Positions 49,615 through 61,697 of a stretch of 64,000 bases of DNA are shown here, piece by piece. Origin of the DNA: Chiloscyllium plagiosum (Eukaryota); assembly GCF_004010195.1 (NCBI RefSeq), contig NC_057755.1, positions 895,023 to 959,022 on the forward strand. The letters are read 5' to 3'. A program made the translations under genes and the position numbers. The notes beneath the pieces were generated by a model that saw only the letters and a list, made by a program, of their open reading frames with translations, was not told where the DNA came from and did no database searches. How positions within the stretch are numbered: position 1 is the stretch's first letter; each line of letters begins with the position of its first letter.

Positions 49615-49930
49615 TGTTGGATCGTAATACCATACAATGGAGGAGCAAACGTAGGCCATTCATCCAATCATTTGATCATGAAGGATCTATTTCGGAATCC
49701 CATTCTGCTGCCTGCTTCCTGTACTCTATAGTAACTTTAACAATCCGATGTATCTCGATCTTAAGTGCACTCGATGGCCTGCCCTCCAGAGCCCTTTGCG
49801 GCAATGATTTCGATAATCACCCTTCGGCTGGAGGAATTTATCTTCATCTCCATTTTAAAAGTCGTCCCTTCAGTCTGAGTCTGTGTCGTCAGCGACTCGA
49901 CTTTCCTACCGTGTGGAAACAGCTTACAAG
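49615..49930 (-). mobile_element. CR1 3' end
   Basis: Minus-strand FPHGRKVESLTTQTQTEGTTFKMEMKINSSSRRV (degenerate TRGHSLRIRG.PF.TE.RRNFF) and tail. Confidence 0.6.
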
Positions 49931-49994
49931 CAGAAGCTGAGAAATGAGGACATTTCGCAAAAGAAAGTATAATGCTGTTCCGAGGCTTAGCCAA

Positions 49995-50290
49995 ACTCCA
50001 CGATGAGTACGCCATCGCCATCACATATTTCATTAGCAAATGTGTGGAGGACTGAGAAAAAGTCAATCCGAGTCTTACCCAAATGTAGACCATGGATGAA
50101 GCAGGAAGTGCACTCCATGCTAAAGATCAGATCGGCAACATTCAAGTTGGATGACCCAGTTCAACATAGGAAACCAAGACCTGACCAGAGAGATCTGAAG
50201 AGGCAGTAGGGGAACAAGTTAGGAACCGGAAACCTCCCAAACAGAAACCTGCCGTTTGTGGCAAGCCTGAATCAAAATTGTGGGTTGCAA
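49995..50290 (+). mobile_element. Rex1/Babar-like ORF fragment
   Basis: DEYAIAITYFISKCVED and PWMKQEVHSMLKIRSATFK. Confidence 0.6.
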
Positions 50291-50294
50291 AATA

Positions 50295-50660
50295 GAGCAT
50301 GTGCAATGTGCCAACTTCTTTCATAAGTTTCCCAATTTCCTCTTTCCCCGCCTTATCCAAGTCCCAATCTCCAAAATCTGCACCGCTCTATTGAATGACC
50401 CTACCTCTCCATCTTTCTTCCCACCTATCTGCTCCACCCTCCTCCCCTACCTATCACCACGACCCGCACCTTCATCTACCTATTGCATTACCAGCTACCT
50501 TCCCCCAACCCCTCTCCCCTCCTATTTATCTCAGCCCCCTTGGCCCTCACCCACCGCATTCCTGATGGTGAGTCTAAGCCGGAAACGTCGATTCACCTGC
50601 TTCTCGGATGCAGCCTGACTGACTGTGCTTTTGCAGCACCATACTGTTCGAACTTGTTTT
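50295..50660 (+). mobile_element. Penelope-like 3' terminus with degenerate hammerhead
   Basis: Pyrimidine-rich terminal repeat ending cCTGATGgtgagtctaagccgGAAAcgtcgattcacctgcttctcggatgcagcctgac...gcagcaccatac. Confidence 0.7.
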
Positions 50661-51196
50661 CCCACCTATTTCTGAGTCATTCGCTTCCTTCCTTCAAATC
50701 ATCATATACACATTATTATATGTTTTATATGTATATTTGTGGGAAAAGATCAGCCACCCTTCCTACTCAAAGCATGGCCACACAGAACACAGAACCCAAA
50801 CCATATAAGGACCACCCAGAATGCCGCAGCATTGACAAAACAGGCTGACAAGGGAAACCAAACATGACCACTTGCAGTCCACTTCCCAAGACAACCTGAC
50901 AATAAGGTTCCTGGATCCGATAAGCACGGCTGGCCCAAAGCCGTCAGGGCAGTCTTATACCCCAGTGATACCAAAGCAACAAAGGACAGATCAGAAGAAG
51001 AAAAACCAGAATCCCTCACTCACAGTAGAATAAAAATTGAAATATGTTACTGCCAGGAAAAGGGACATTGTGGGCTGAGATAAATAGGAGGGGAGGGGGG
51101 TTGGGGGAAGGTAGCTGGTAATGCAATAGGTAGATGAAGGTGCGGGTCGTGGTGATAGGTAGGGGAGGAGGGTGGAGCAGATAGGTGGGAAGAAAG
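50413..51196. repeat. 125-bp inverted repeat (50413-50537 and 51072-51196)
   Basis: The arms are reverse complements with one mismatch seen. The ORF track shows the same peptide FFPPICSTLLPYLSPRPAPSSTYCITSYLPPTPLPSYLSQP on both strands. Confidence 0.93.
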
Positions 51197-51480
51197 GCCC
51201 AGTGGTTAGCATTGCTGCCTCACAGCGCCAGAGTCCGAGGTTCAATTCCCGCCTCAGGCGACTGACTGTGTGGAGTTTGCACATTCTCCCCGTGTCTGCG
51301 TGGGTTTCCTCCGGGTGCTCCGGTTTCCTCCCACAGTCCAAAGATGTGCAGGTCATGTGAATTGGCCATACTAAATTGCTAAGGGTAGGGGTATGTGTGG
51401 GTTGCGCTTCGGCGGGTTGGTGTGGACGTGTTGGGCCGAAGGGCCTGTTTCCACACTGTAATGTAATCTAAAAAATCTAA
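51197..51480 (+). mobile_element. Young V-SINE (HE1-type), slightly 5'-truncated
   Basis: cagtggttagcattgctgcctcacagcgccagagtccgaggttcaattcccgcctcaggcgactgactgtgtggagtttgcacattctccccgtgtctgcgtgggtttcctccgggtgctccggtttcctcccacagtccaaagatgtgc...gggcctgtttccacactgtaatgtaatcta; CpGs are retained. Confidence 0.9.
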
Positions 51481-51589
51481 AATTCTCAGCTACCATAAAA
51501 GAGAGCTGGAATCTCCTGACCCCATTAAGAACTGATTGATGCTGCCGGACACTTCAATGTACCAACATCCACCATCCTTTATACGTGGA

Positions 51590-51800
51590 GGTGATTCCTA
51601 ATATCCTCTCTCCAAAGTTCTAGAGGGACTGGACCTAATTTGTACAGTCTGACCACATAACTTAACCTCGACACTGCGGGTATCTGTCTTGCAAAACTCA
51701 TTCCAAAGCCAATTATCCTTCTTAAAGTGTGGTGCCTGGATCTGCTCACATTTCTCTAAGTGAGAACTAACCAGGGTTTTGTATAACTGCAGCATATCCT
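51590..51800 (-). mobile_element. CR1 fragment
   Basis: ORF 51598-51795 (MLQLYKTLVSSHLEKCEQIQAPHFKKD). Confidence 0.7.
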
Positions 51801-52615
51801 CTGTGGCCTTATATAGGATCAGAACATCACTGCTTCGACAACATGTTTTTTTGCCAATCTCAGACAGCAGTCAAGAGTCAACAACATTGCTGTCAGTCTA
51901 GAGTCACATATCGGCCAGACCATATAAGGATGTTATTTTATTCCAAAAAGGAATGAATGAAACTTGTTGCTTTTATTTTCCACAAAAATGCTAAGGCAAA
52001 GTGAATCATCAATGTATTGGATATTTCTCTGTAAATATTTACAATATCATCTTTGTGTTGTCTAATCTACTTGTTTCTTAGTGGATCTCGTTTTGCACTA
52101 ATAATGAGACGTGGTTTACTATCTCAGAAAAATAAGGCAGATAAATATACCACATTACAAAATCACTCTTTCCCTCTAATAACTCGAGGACGTTTAGCGT
52201 TTTGAAATTCTCAACAACAATGTTATATTTAAATGAGATTACAGTTTGTCAGATTGGAGTCGGGGCTTTACTTCCGACCCCCAATGCTCCTGCTTCTTTG
52301 TCCTGATATTCTCTGGAGTGCATGTGGGAACATTTTGATTTGATTGGTATCTTTTGCCTATGATGTGGAGTTGCCTGTGTGGGACTGGGGTGAACAAGAT
52401 AAGAAGTCACATGAAATTTTGTGGTTTCAATTAAAACTGTTGAACGATAACTTAATGTCGTGTGACTTCTGAGCTTCTTTTAGTGAGTGTTCCAGGTCAT
52501 TTCGAATTACAACGGTTTAGCAGCAGTTTGATGGAACAATGTAATAAGCATAATTTAATTTCAGTTTCTATCTCAGACAGGTTATTACATAAAACAGTAT
52601 TGGACATTTTTGTTT

Positions 52616-52940
52616 ACATAGAACATAGAAGAATACAGCGCAGTACAGGCCCTTTGGGCCTCGATGTTGCGCCGATCCAAACCCACCTAACCTATACTAG
52701 CCCACTATCCTCCATATGCCTATCCAATGCCCGCTTAAATGCCAATAAAGAGGGAGAATCCACCACTGCTACTGGCAGGGCATTCCATGAACTCACGACT
52801 CGCTGAGTTAAGAACCTACCCCTAACATCTGTCCTATACCTACCACCCCTTAATTTAAAGCTATGCCCCCTCGTAATAGCTGACTCCATACGTGGAAAAA
52901 GGTTCTCACGGTCAACCCTATCTAAACCCCTAATCATCTT
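52616..52940 (-). mobile_element. Young CR1 3' end
   Basis: Uninterrupted KMIRGLDRVDRENLFPRMESAITRGHSFKLRGGRYRTDVRGRFLTQRVVSSWNALP...FKRALDRHM and tail tcttctatgttctatgt. Confidence 0.9.
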
Positions 52941-53129
52941 GTTTCCCCTTTTAAATTGACCCATCCCAAAAACACTTCTACTGAAACTCAGGTCTATTTT
53001 CCCCCCAAAACCTTGAGGCGATTTCTCATCAACAACCCATTCAATATTCAATTAAGGTGAAGTCTTGCTTACCTCTCTGGCTTGATTGAATTTGGCAGTG
53101 AATGCCACAAGGTTCCTGCTTATAATTCT

Positions 53130-54615
53130 CAGTTTCTCTGTCTCATTAACACCGATTCAATGCAATCAATCAAGATAATGGTATTGTGTACCTTGGCCTA
53201 ACAACTGCCGCTACGACTGGCAACAGGATTCCTGTTCCAGGTTCACAATGTTGCTGCTGTAGTCACCACTGATGGTGTCTTCCTCCACTGTCACCGCCAC
53301 AAGAAACAGAAGATAAAGCTGAAGGTGGAGATGAGACAGAAAAGACGAAAAAAGCATGTGATCGGCCTGGTGATCAGAATTAATTGTGCTAAGGAACCTG
53401 TCAATGCCACCGTATTAAAAGAAAAAAATACAGGGGGACGTTTAGGAAGGATGTTCATCAGAGCCGAGTGTTTCACCTGTGAAATGAGACTGTAGAGGCT
53501 GAGATTGGTTTCGGACAAATTCACCGATGTCAAGCTGATGTTCTTCTTTGAGCACTGGTTCCTGCTGGTCATCAGGAATCTGAACGTGAAACTGCTGATG
53601 GAGGAGCTCAAAAGCCGTTCCACAGATTGTAAAAACGAGAAGTGCCACTTTACGTCTCCCTCAGACTTATGGAAAGAGTCAAGGGGAACATCAAGACGAC
53701 CTTTATTCTCAGGAGTCTTCTGAATGTGAGATAGAAATGGGCAGAAAGGTGTGCAAAACCTACAACTGATGTAGGCAATGGGGATCGATGCCATGGAGGA
53801 TCATTAGGAGGACAAGCAAGCCTTGCTTTTAACCTTAGTAGACTCCAAGATAATCTTTTGTTGCAGGGTCCACACTATGGAGCAGAACTCAGAGCCCAAA
53901 GAGAAATATCGTTATCTCAGCCTAACATGCTGAAGATCAGCAAATCCTTTTGTGTGAGACTGTCTGACACGAAGTCCATAGACTGCGCATCTTTCCAGTC
54001 ATTCCTCCTTATCATGTCGGACTTAGACGACAGCACATGAGAGAGGCTGCACCAGCCGTTGTCGTTGGATGTTCTGACCAAGGCCCTCGAGCCCTTAAAA
54101 AATACTAAGACTTCAGGAAGTGACCGATTACCAACCGAGATGATTTCGACTCGGTGGCACTTGATTGGCCAGGACCTGCTGGAAGTGTACAACAATATGC
54201 TTCCTAAAAGTAGCCTGTGTGAATCCACGACGATGGTATCAAACCCCCCATCTCCAATTAGAAGGGGGAAAGGTACGACAGACGAACACTTTCGTTGCTC
54301 AATGAAACTTAAAATGTTCTGAAAAAGCTCATCACTTCCCAGGTCAGTTCTGCTTTCGAATCAGTTATTCACCCCGAACAGACCTGACCTGTGCAGGCAG
54401 CCTCATAATTCACAGGGATCGAATTGCCTCTTTGCAAGACAGGGAATTTGAAAACCTGCCTCATCAGCCTGCACCAGGAGATCATTGACAGGATCTCGTA
54501 CACATCTCTGTGGGATATTGCCTCCAAAGTAGACTTTGGGGAGGGATTGCACAAATGAATCCGACTGCTCTCCACCAACATTATGTGTGCAATCTCAATC
54601 AAAGGTTGGGAAACT
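53130..54615 (+). mobile_element. Degenerate Tx1/L1-clade LINE ORF2 (endonuclease end through RT start)
   Basis: TDVKLMFFFEHWFLL...NLNVKLL (ORF 53505); LSLDVLTKALEPLKNTKTSGSDRLPTEM..RWHLIGQDLLEVY (ORF 54059); CLISLHQEIIDRISYT...FGEGLHK*IRLLSTN. Confidence 0.75.
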
Positions 54616-55329
54616 GCCAAGAAGGGTTGCTTTCCTGTTGAATTGTTGACTTGGAGGCAACTTAATAGTTGTTGAAAACCATCCATGCGTTTCTTCCTCT
54701 TTTCCAAATTTCAATCCACTGAGAACCGCTTTACTAAGGTTCCTCAATCCACCACTGCTCATTTATACATCAATTCGTTATTTAGATTCATGACCAGAGT
54801 TTCAGACTCAAATTCTTCTTTCTGCACCTTAATAAACAATTCACGTGGTTTAAGATTCCACTTCCTGCATGTAATCATTTTGCAAAATCATGCTATTGTA
54901 TTGTGTCTGTATGTTTTGGAGAACGTAAATTAACTTGTGGTATATTTATATCTGTTCTCTCGTGTCAGTTCATACCATGTAATAAGTTAGTCCATTTAAT
55001 GTGCTATTGCTGTCCAAATACCACAAGCATCATCACCAATAATAACAAGAAAGGTGATACTTGACCGTAACTGTATTGCATAACTGATACATCTTTGAGG
55101 CTATCCCTAAAATGAAAGAGTAGCGCTCCAGAATGAGTGCTGTCGCTAAGTCTGTGACACATGTGAGGGGAGGGTTCAATCCTGAAGATTAACATCCAGA
55201 AGGTGTTTTTGTTGCTTCTGTCTTTCACTCACAGATTTACTACTTCATGTGGCCAGCTTCATTTCCCTGCTAATTGAGCTTTTAATCCAAGTTCCCAATG
55301 CTCTCTGAGAAGATGGAACAAATAATACA

Positions 55330-55995
55330 CAATGGAGGGAGAGTTTTTCCCCATAAGTGTAGCAATCTCCATCCAATTAAAGCAAAACCCATGTTTCCAA
55401 TGTATTCAAATCACACCTGTCCCTACAACCTCACCAATAATCGACCCATCCAAAGCCCTGCTTCCTGGAACCAATGATTCCAACCACATGTTCATTTGGG
55501 TAATGTGTACTCAGCATAACGTTGGGTCAACTTTTCAATCTGTCCCCGATTTTATGCATTTTAGTAAAGGGAATCCTTCGCTGATTCTACCTGTCATTGT
55601 CATGAGGTCAACCAGCTGGAGCACAAAGAACATAAGTTCCCTTAATTGGGCTGTTAATCGGATTCAATCAGGGAACCCTGTCTGAAATACAAAGATGGAT
55701 TTCAGGGATATTGAGATGCTGAATACCTGACTCAGTGAGTAGCCGCTGTCAAAGGTGATGCATTTGTAATTAGAGGGCGGTTAATGACAGGATGCCGGCC
55801 TCTGAAGTGTGATTTAAATACCAGTCATTGTTGGTGTCAATGTGCATCAGGACCTTGGGCTCTTCGCTTTCCACACTTCCCCGCTCCCACCCCGCCCCAC
55901 CCACAGTCCATCCCTCCCCAAAAATGTGCTGAAGTTGTTCTGTGACGTTCTTGAACCTAGGCACTGTTGAGACAATACACCATCCTGGAGTCCAT
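55330..55995 (-). mobile_element. CR1 ORF1 (SGNH-like) and endonuclease fragments
   Basis: RFKNVTEQLQHIFGEG...EEPKVLMHIDTN (ORF 55770-55964); downstream endonuclease-like WLESLVPGSRAL and IIGEVVGTGVI*IHWK. Confidence 0.6.
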
Positions 55996-56479
55996 CATGT
56001 CAGGATTGATTTTATCTTTGTCCACTGCGGCCATTTGATGCTAACACAACACTGACACTGACTTTATAAACAGGAATAAAACAACAACAAAAAAAAACAG
56101 GGGAGTTAGAAATCCATGCCAATTTGAGTGCAGCATCGATTGACAAGAATGATAGCTTGTCAGCAAGGGTTCAATTATGAGAGAGTTAAATGACACCAAC
56201 ACATGTGTTCTTCAACTTTAGAAAGATCTGAGATGAGCAGAAGTTTCAAGAGAATAATGGAAACAACTGGCACTGAATGGACGAAAGACTTCTCGTTGCC
56301 TCTTGATTTAGGACTAGGATAAGCATCGGAAAGTTAATCGATAGCCTGAAACCTTTCCAAAACTGCAACGAAGGAACAATGCCTCACATTTCTCTACATT
56401 ATATCGCACAGACCATTTTGTTTTCATTCACTCACTGACCCTGTCCTTTCCCTTCTCAGCGTTCGCATGTCCTCCTTGA

Positions 56480-57865
56480 CTTTTAATGTCCCACCGAACA
56501 TGTTAACACATGATCCAATAATCTCAGTCATTGATAGAGATTATAAATGGCTGTGTTCTCGACAGGCTAACTTCGTGGCACTCACCAACACCAGCCCGAA
56601 ACAGGAAGATGACATATTTATACCTGCTATCTATTTTCTGACCTTTATCAGTCCTCACACCAGTTCCCATTTTCCCATCACGACAGGCCTCATTGAGAGC
56701 ATTGATTTCCACTCAAACATTTCCAGAATTTGCCATTTCTGCATCCCTGTGTGTACAAATCCCTCCGTGGTCTCACTCCTCCACCTCGCTTGAAACTGTT
56801 CCATCCGATTATCAATCAGATGTTTCAGGTTTCTTCTGTGTACATGTGCAGTACACTGCAGGGAACAGAGAATAACTTATCCCTATGTATGTTATACAGA
56901 TCGTGTGTGTCTCAGAGTCAGCTCTGAAACATGTTCAGGACACTGTTATCATGGGAGCAGGCTCTGTATTGATTGGACCTTATGCAACCTTTGAGGATAT
57001 TCTCAGTGCATTGTTTTACTTGGTAAACCTATTGCCTTAAATGGAGAAGTTATATTCGATTCAGAAACTGGATGGGTGCAAGCTGAAGAATTCCATTGCG
57101 GTGTGGGATTTATTAAAACCTGCAATGTGTTGTCTCCATTCACCAACTATTATCGCTTCATAGAACAGCCACTGTTAACCAAGGAAACCACATCCTCTAT
57201 TGAGGAGAACGTTTCTCAGAGAGACACTCAACAATCAGAATTTAATTTCCAAATTGGCAAAGGCAAAGGAAAGAAGCCAATGAAATAGAATGAGGTTTGA
57301 AAGTTGGATAGATGGTATTGGGGTTCAATGCGGACATACAGGTGGCAATGTGGTTCAGTGGTTAGCTCTGCTGCCTCACAGGGCCAGCGGGTGGGTTTGG
57401 GTGGTATACGCTTTGCAGGGCAGGTGTGGACACGATGGGCCCATTGGCTTGCATCCACGTTGTAAGGATTCTATGATTTTATTCCATGTGCATTTTCCAA
57501 TGTTTGCTATTGACCGATTGAGATTTGTACAATCACTTAAAGCCCAGTTCTAAAAATACTCTCTCACAACTGGGAGTTAACTCACCACTGTCACCTGTTC
57601 AAATTCTTAAAAAAATAATTGAACCACATTGTAATATTTCAACCCGCCAGGCGATGCCAGCAGGTACAAATGAAAGGCTTCGAGATTGTATCACCTTGGT
57701 ATTGAATACAGAGAGATTGCCTGCACAAAGTGATTCAGACAGAAAATGACGTTTTCATTTCATCATGTGCGGAGAATATTTTACATGACCCTTCCAATTG
57801 CAGCAATTCCTGGTAAGTGCCTTACATCATTGAATTTGTGTGAATCTGTTTGAGGATTCCCTGCT
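56480..57865 (+). repeat. Duplicated promoter plus exon 1 block, copy B (paralogous to 41880-43260)
   Basis: See copy A; colinear similarity over about 1.4 kb, including the same degenerate SINE remnant (42750-42875 and 57340-57475). Confidence 0.9.
57746..57812 (+). CDS. Orphan exon 1 of a fourth GPR139-like gene (MTFSFHHVRRIFYMTLPIAAIP+G); exon 2 not found in the window
   Basis: acagaaaATG...ATTCCTG|gtaagt, 67 nt, same size and phase as the other first exons. Confidence 0.75.
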
Positions 57866-57939
57866 GGTTCACTGTGCCACTGACAATGGCACGTGGGCAT
57901 GTTGTGCCCAGAAGACACACAGTGGCAGACGATCAGTAA

Positions 57940-60040
57940 TTTAGACTCAGATTACAGACACCCCGTGTATACTCAATCATCACATAGACAATAAGTTAGT
58001 CTGGAGCGGTATCTCTTAGAGCAGTATAATTGTGGCATTTTCTAGGTCTGTACATTATTAAGGTCGACAGTAAGTGTGTTTGGCTGAATCCTGTCAGATC
58101 TCATGGATTCGTGAGAACAGTAGTTAGAGGCAATAAGGAATCAACAGGAGCTAGTTGGGTGTGCTGGATGGCAGCAGCAGGAAGAGGGACAAAACATAGA
58201 TACAATCAGATCATTTCTAGGAAAGGCAGGAGATGGAGGTGGATCGTGCAGGACTCTCCTGTGTTTATCCCCATTTTAAACAAGTATGACGTTTTTTGGA
58301 AATTGCAGAGGGTGATGGACTCGCAGGGGAATGTAGCATGAACAAGCCAAGTTTCTGGTACCAGGACTGGATCTATTGTAACGATGGGTACGTCAGATTA
58401 GAAGCGACCGACTGTGATAGGGGACTCCCTGGTCAGAGGTAAATACAGACGTTTCTGCAGTGAAGAGTGCCTGTTGCCTCACTGGTACCTGGATCACAGA
58501 TATCTTGGAGAGGGTGCAGAATATTCTCAAAAGGGAGTGAGGCTAGCAGGATGTCATTGTGCACATTGGAACGAAGGACGTCGGAAGGAAAAAGGATAAA
58601 ATTCTGAAGGGAGAATATGCAAAATTCGGCAAGAATGTAAAAGGAAGCAATTGAGAGTAGTAATATCTGGATTACTTTCGGTGCCATGAGGTGGTGAGTG
58701 CAGAAAGACGAGGGTAGAGCAGATGAACGCATGGCTGAGGAGCTGGTGCAGGGTTTCACATTTCCGTATCATTGGAATCTTTTCTGGGGTATAAGTGACC
58801 TGTATACAGATGGCAGAATTGGAAAAGAAATAATTTACTGTCAGGAAGATTTGCGAGAGATGCTCAGGAATACTTAAACTAGAAAGGATGGAGTGGGGGT
58901 GCGAGGATGATGGTGTGTGTGTGGCCAAGGAGATCGTGAGGAAAGAGATCAATCTGAGACTGATACAGTTGTGAAAATGAGCAAGTCAAATAGTCAGGGC
59001 GGGCAAGAACAAAGCAGAGAACGAGGTGGGACTAGCAGATTAGACTGTATTTATTTCTGTACAAGATGTCTAACAGGGAAGACACATTATCTGAAGGCAT
59101 GGATAGGAACATGGGACTATGATATCTAGCAATTACACAAATGTATTCAGGGATGGACAGGACAGGCAGCTTCCTGTTGCAAGGTAGAAAGGGAGACAAG
59201 AGAAGTGGGGGAGTTGTTTTTTGATAAAAGACAACATTACAGCTGGACTTAAGGAGTGCATTACTGTGAAAATATGCATGAAAGTTATTTGGGTGGAATT
59301 GAGAATGAAGAAAGAGCTGATTATTTTACTGAGATTATACTATGACGCCCAACGGTCAGTGGGAAATTAATAAACAAATATGCATGGGGATCTCAGTTAC
59401 TTGTGAGATCAATAGGGTGGTAATTGTCGTGGATTTTAACTTTCCAAATACAGACTGGGACTGTCACATTATTCGGGTTGAGATGAAGAGGAATTTGTTT
59501 AGTGTGCAATTCAAAAAATTCTATTTCAGTATGCGGATATAACTACTGGAGAACCTGCAAAACTTGACCTTCTCTTGGCAAATAAGGCAGGGCATGTGAC
59601 TCAGGTGTAGTTGGCCTTGGAGTAAGTACAATGGAGATTAGCAAAAATGATGTCTGGACTTTAATGGTTTAGGTATGAAGAGAGATTACACAAATTAGGC
59701 CTGGTTTCTCCAGAAATTAGAAGACCGTTTACATAAAGATAAGATATATCTAATGATTGGGGATTCCAGAACAAATGGACACAGTGTGAGAATTAGAACC
59801 AGAGTATTCAGGGGAGATGTTAGGAAGCATGTCCATACGGAAAGAGTGGTGAATGTTTTGAAGTTTCTTCCACAAACAGTACTGGCTGCTGGACCAGTTT
59901 TTAACCTCAAATCTGACATAGATATTCTTTTGTTCAGCAAAGCTTTGAAGGGATAATGTTCGAAGGCAGGAATATGGGGTTAGACTACTGAGCAGCAATT
60001 GAACTGCAGAAGAGACTTGATGTTCCTCTGACTTGCTGTC
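57940..60040 (+). mobile_element. Degenerate CR1 (ORF1 esterase, endonuclease, and a 3' end after an internal deletion or second copy)
   Basis: MIGDSLVRGKYRRFC (58414); LDCIYFCTRCLTGKTHYLKAWIGTWDYDI (58917); NRVVIVVDFNFPNTDW (59342); SRTNGHSVRIRTRVFRGDVRKHVHTERVVNV (59753). Confidence 0.82.
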
Positions 60041-60439
60041 CCAGAGTCTTTCCAAGGTATTGACATCATTTAAACCACATCTGTGACAAACTTTCAGCCT
60101 CCCTCCACCTGAATTTGACTTTCACCCTATTTCTGTCTCATTAGCCTTCTCATGATTACTCTCTATTTAGTTCATTCCCGCTGTATTTAACCCTCTTCTT
60201 TTCGCCTGTATTTAACAATTTCCCTGCTGCACTGTGTTGAATCTTCTTTCTGTTGCTCTCCATTTTCATCTCTCCCATTACTTTGTATTAAATTTCATCT
60301 TCTTCTCCTGTATTTAACGCACTCCTTCTTTAAATGCTGGGACTCTGACTAACGGGGATAAACGTGAATCCTTCAAAAAAATTGCACTCACCCTGCCATA
60401 TCATCCTCATGCTTCCACAGTATTTAACATAATAGGGCT

Positions 60440-60965
60440 CTAACAGTGCTCAGCCACAGATCCACACCAATTCGTTAAACATTAAGTTGATGAGGAGACA
60501 TCTCACCTGAGACATCTCAACATTGAGCCACATCGATTGTGAGTGCTTACACTCCCAGTCACCCACAAATGACAGCAGGGCACCTATTTGGCATCTCCTC
60601 ATATCTGGGACGTACTGCCCAACCATAAGCTTGGTAAACTTAATTAGGGGGCATCTATGACACCAAATTAAGGATCCATGCGAATTGGTAAACCTCCACA
60701 GCACTCGCCTGGGTAGCAACAACAGGAGCATCCTCACTGGATATTGTAACCGAGGAAGAACATTCATTTAAACCAGGGCCTAGCCACGATACTGGTGGCC
60801 CTGCCATTGCTGCAAGTCCTGCTTTATCTTATTGCCCAAAGTCATCTCTATATAGCTGATGGAAAATGTGGTAATAAACATTCCCAGAGAGAGAAAACTG
60901 TTCTGCGATCGTCTAAAAGGAAACTGCATCCCATCCTATAGCTTTGGTACTTCCACCAATCCCCC
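60440..60965 (-). mobile_element. L1-clade LINE ORF2 C-terminal fragment
   Basis: ORF 60450-60767 (MNVLPRLQYPVRMLLLLLPR...SLIW...PLIKFTKL...PDMRRCQ) matches the L1 KMN.LPR.LY...FIW pattern; upstream FPFRRSQNSFLSLGMFI. Confidence 0.7.
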
Positions 60966-60979
60966 ACGAGCCCCAAGCT

Positions 60980-61697
60980 TTATGACACGGGGTAAACGCT
61001 AATCTGAAACAGCAACACAAGAAATATTCACCCCCCCCACCCCCCCCCCCCCCTCCCGTGCTCTATTCTGTTAAAATTCGACGGGCAAAGAATTATCTCA
61101 AAATCACTATTGAAAGTAAAAATTAACAACTTTATTAGTTATGTCTCGCAGTGAATATTAGCTAACAACTATATACAAAATCCTTCTCTTAAACCCATCT
61201 TTGAACTCCCCCTCTGCATTACTAGCCCAATTCCAATTTCAAAACCAGTCATCTTTGCCGAGTTTCCTCTGTAGATTTTTCTGTCTTCCTTTCTTTATGC
61301 TTCACAGGACTTTGGGAGATAAAGGTACCTTTCAGAGTGCAGTTCTGCTGGCAGTCTGTACTAGTTGGTGGCTTGCTGATCTTTGCCACTCTTGCTAACT
61401 GTTCAAAATATCTGATATTTATACCCAGAAACATCGGATGGCTTCTTTGGTTTGAATATTGTCAAAATACTAAATTCAAACTTGATTGGAGTTTGGTACC
61501 TTGGGGCATAATTTAATCTGATTGGCCGAATTTGAATTTCTCTTTGTCTCATGGCAACCCAGTTACTGCTAGCTGTTCGACCAAATGTTACATTTTAATT
61601 TTTCCAGAAATCTGGAAACGTCTTTCCTTAGTCGTTTCTAAGTCCTTGCCAGCCTTTCAGCTCTCTTAAAGGTATACTACATCCAAATCTTCACACA
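60980..61697. mobile_element. Solo LTR (probably Gypsy-type)
   Basis: Starts ttatgacacggggtaaacg and ends ccaaatcttcacaca; about 715 bp, non-coding, similar composition to the LTRs at 3290-3761 and 19193-19854. Confidence 0.5.

Noticed and set aside
51197..51270. tRNA-like A/B boxes (also ~15080, ~26900, ~4960)
   Set aside because: These are SINE heads followed by V-domain and LINE tails, not tRNA genes.
53291..53794. 167-aa minus-strand ORF, and similar 130-165 aa ORFs at 38403-38897, 37009-37425 and 7501-7986
   Set aside because: Antisense to LINE ORF2 remnants; no independent protein features.
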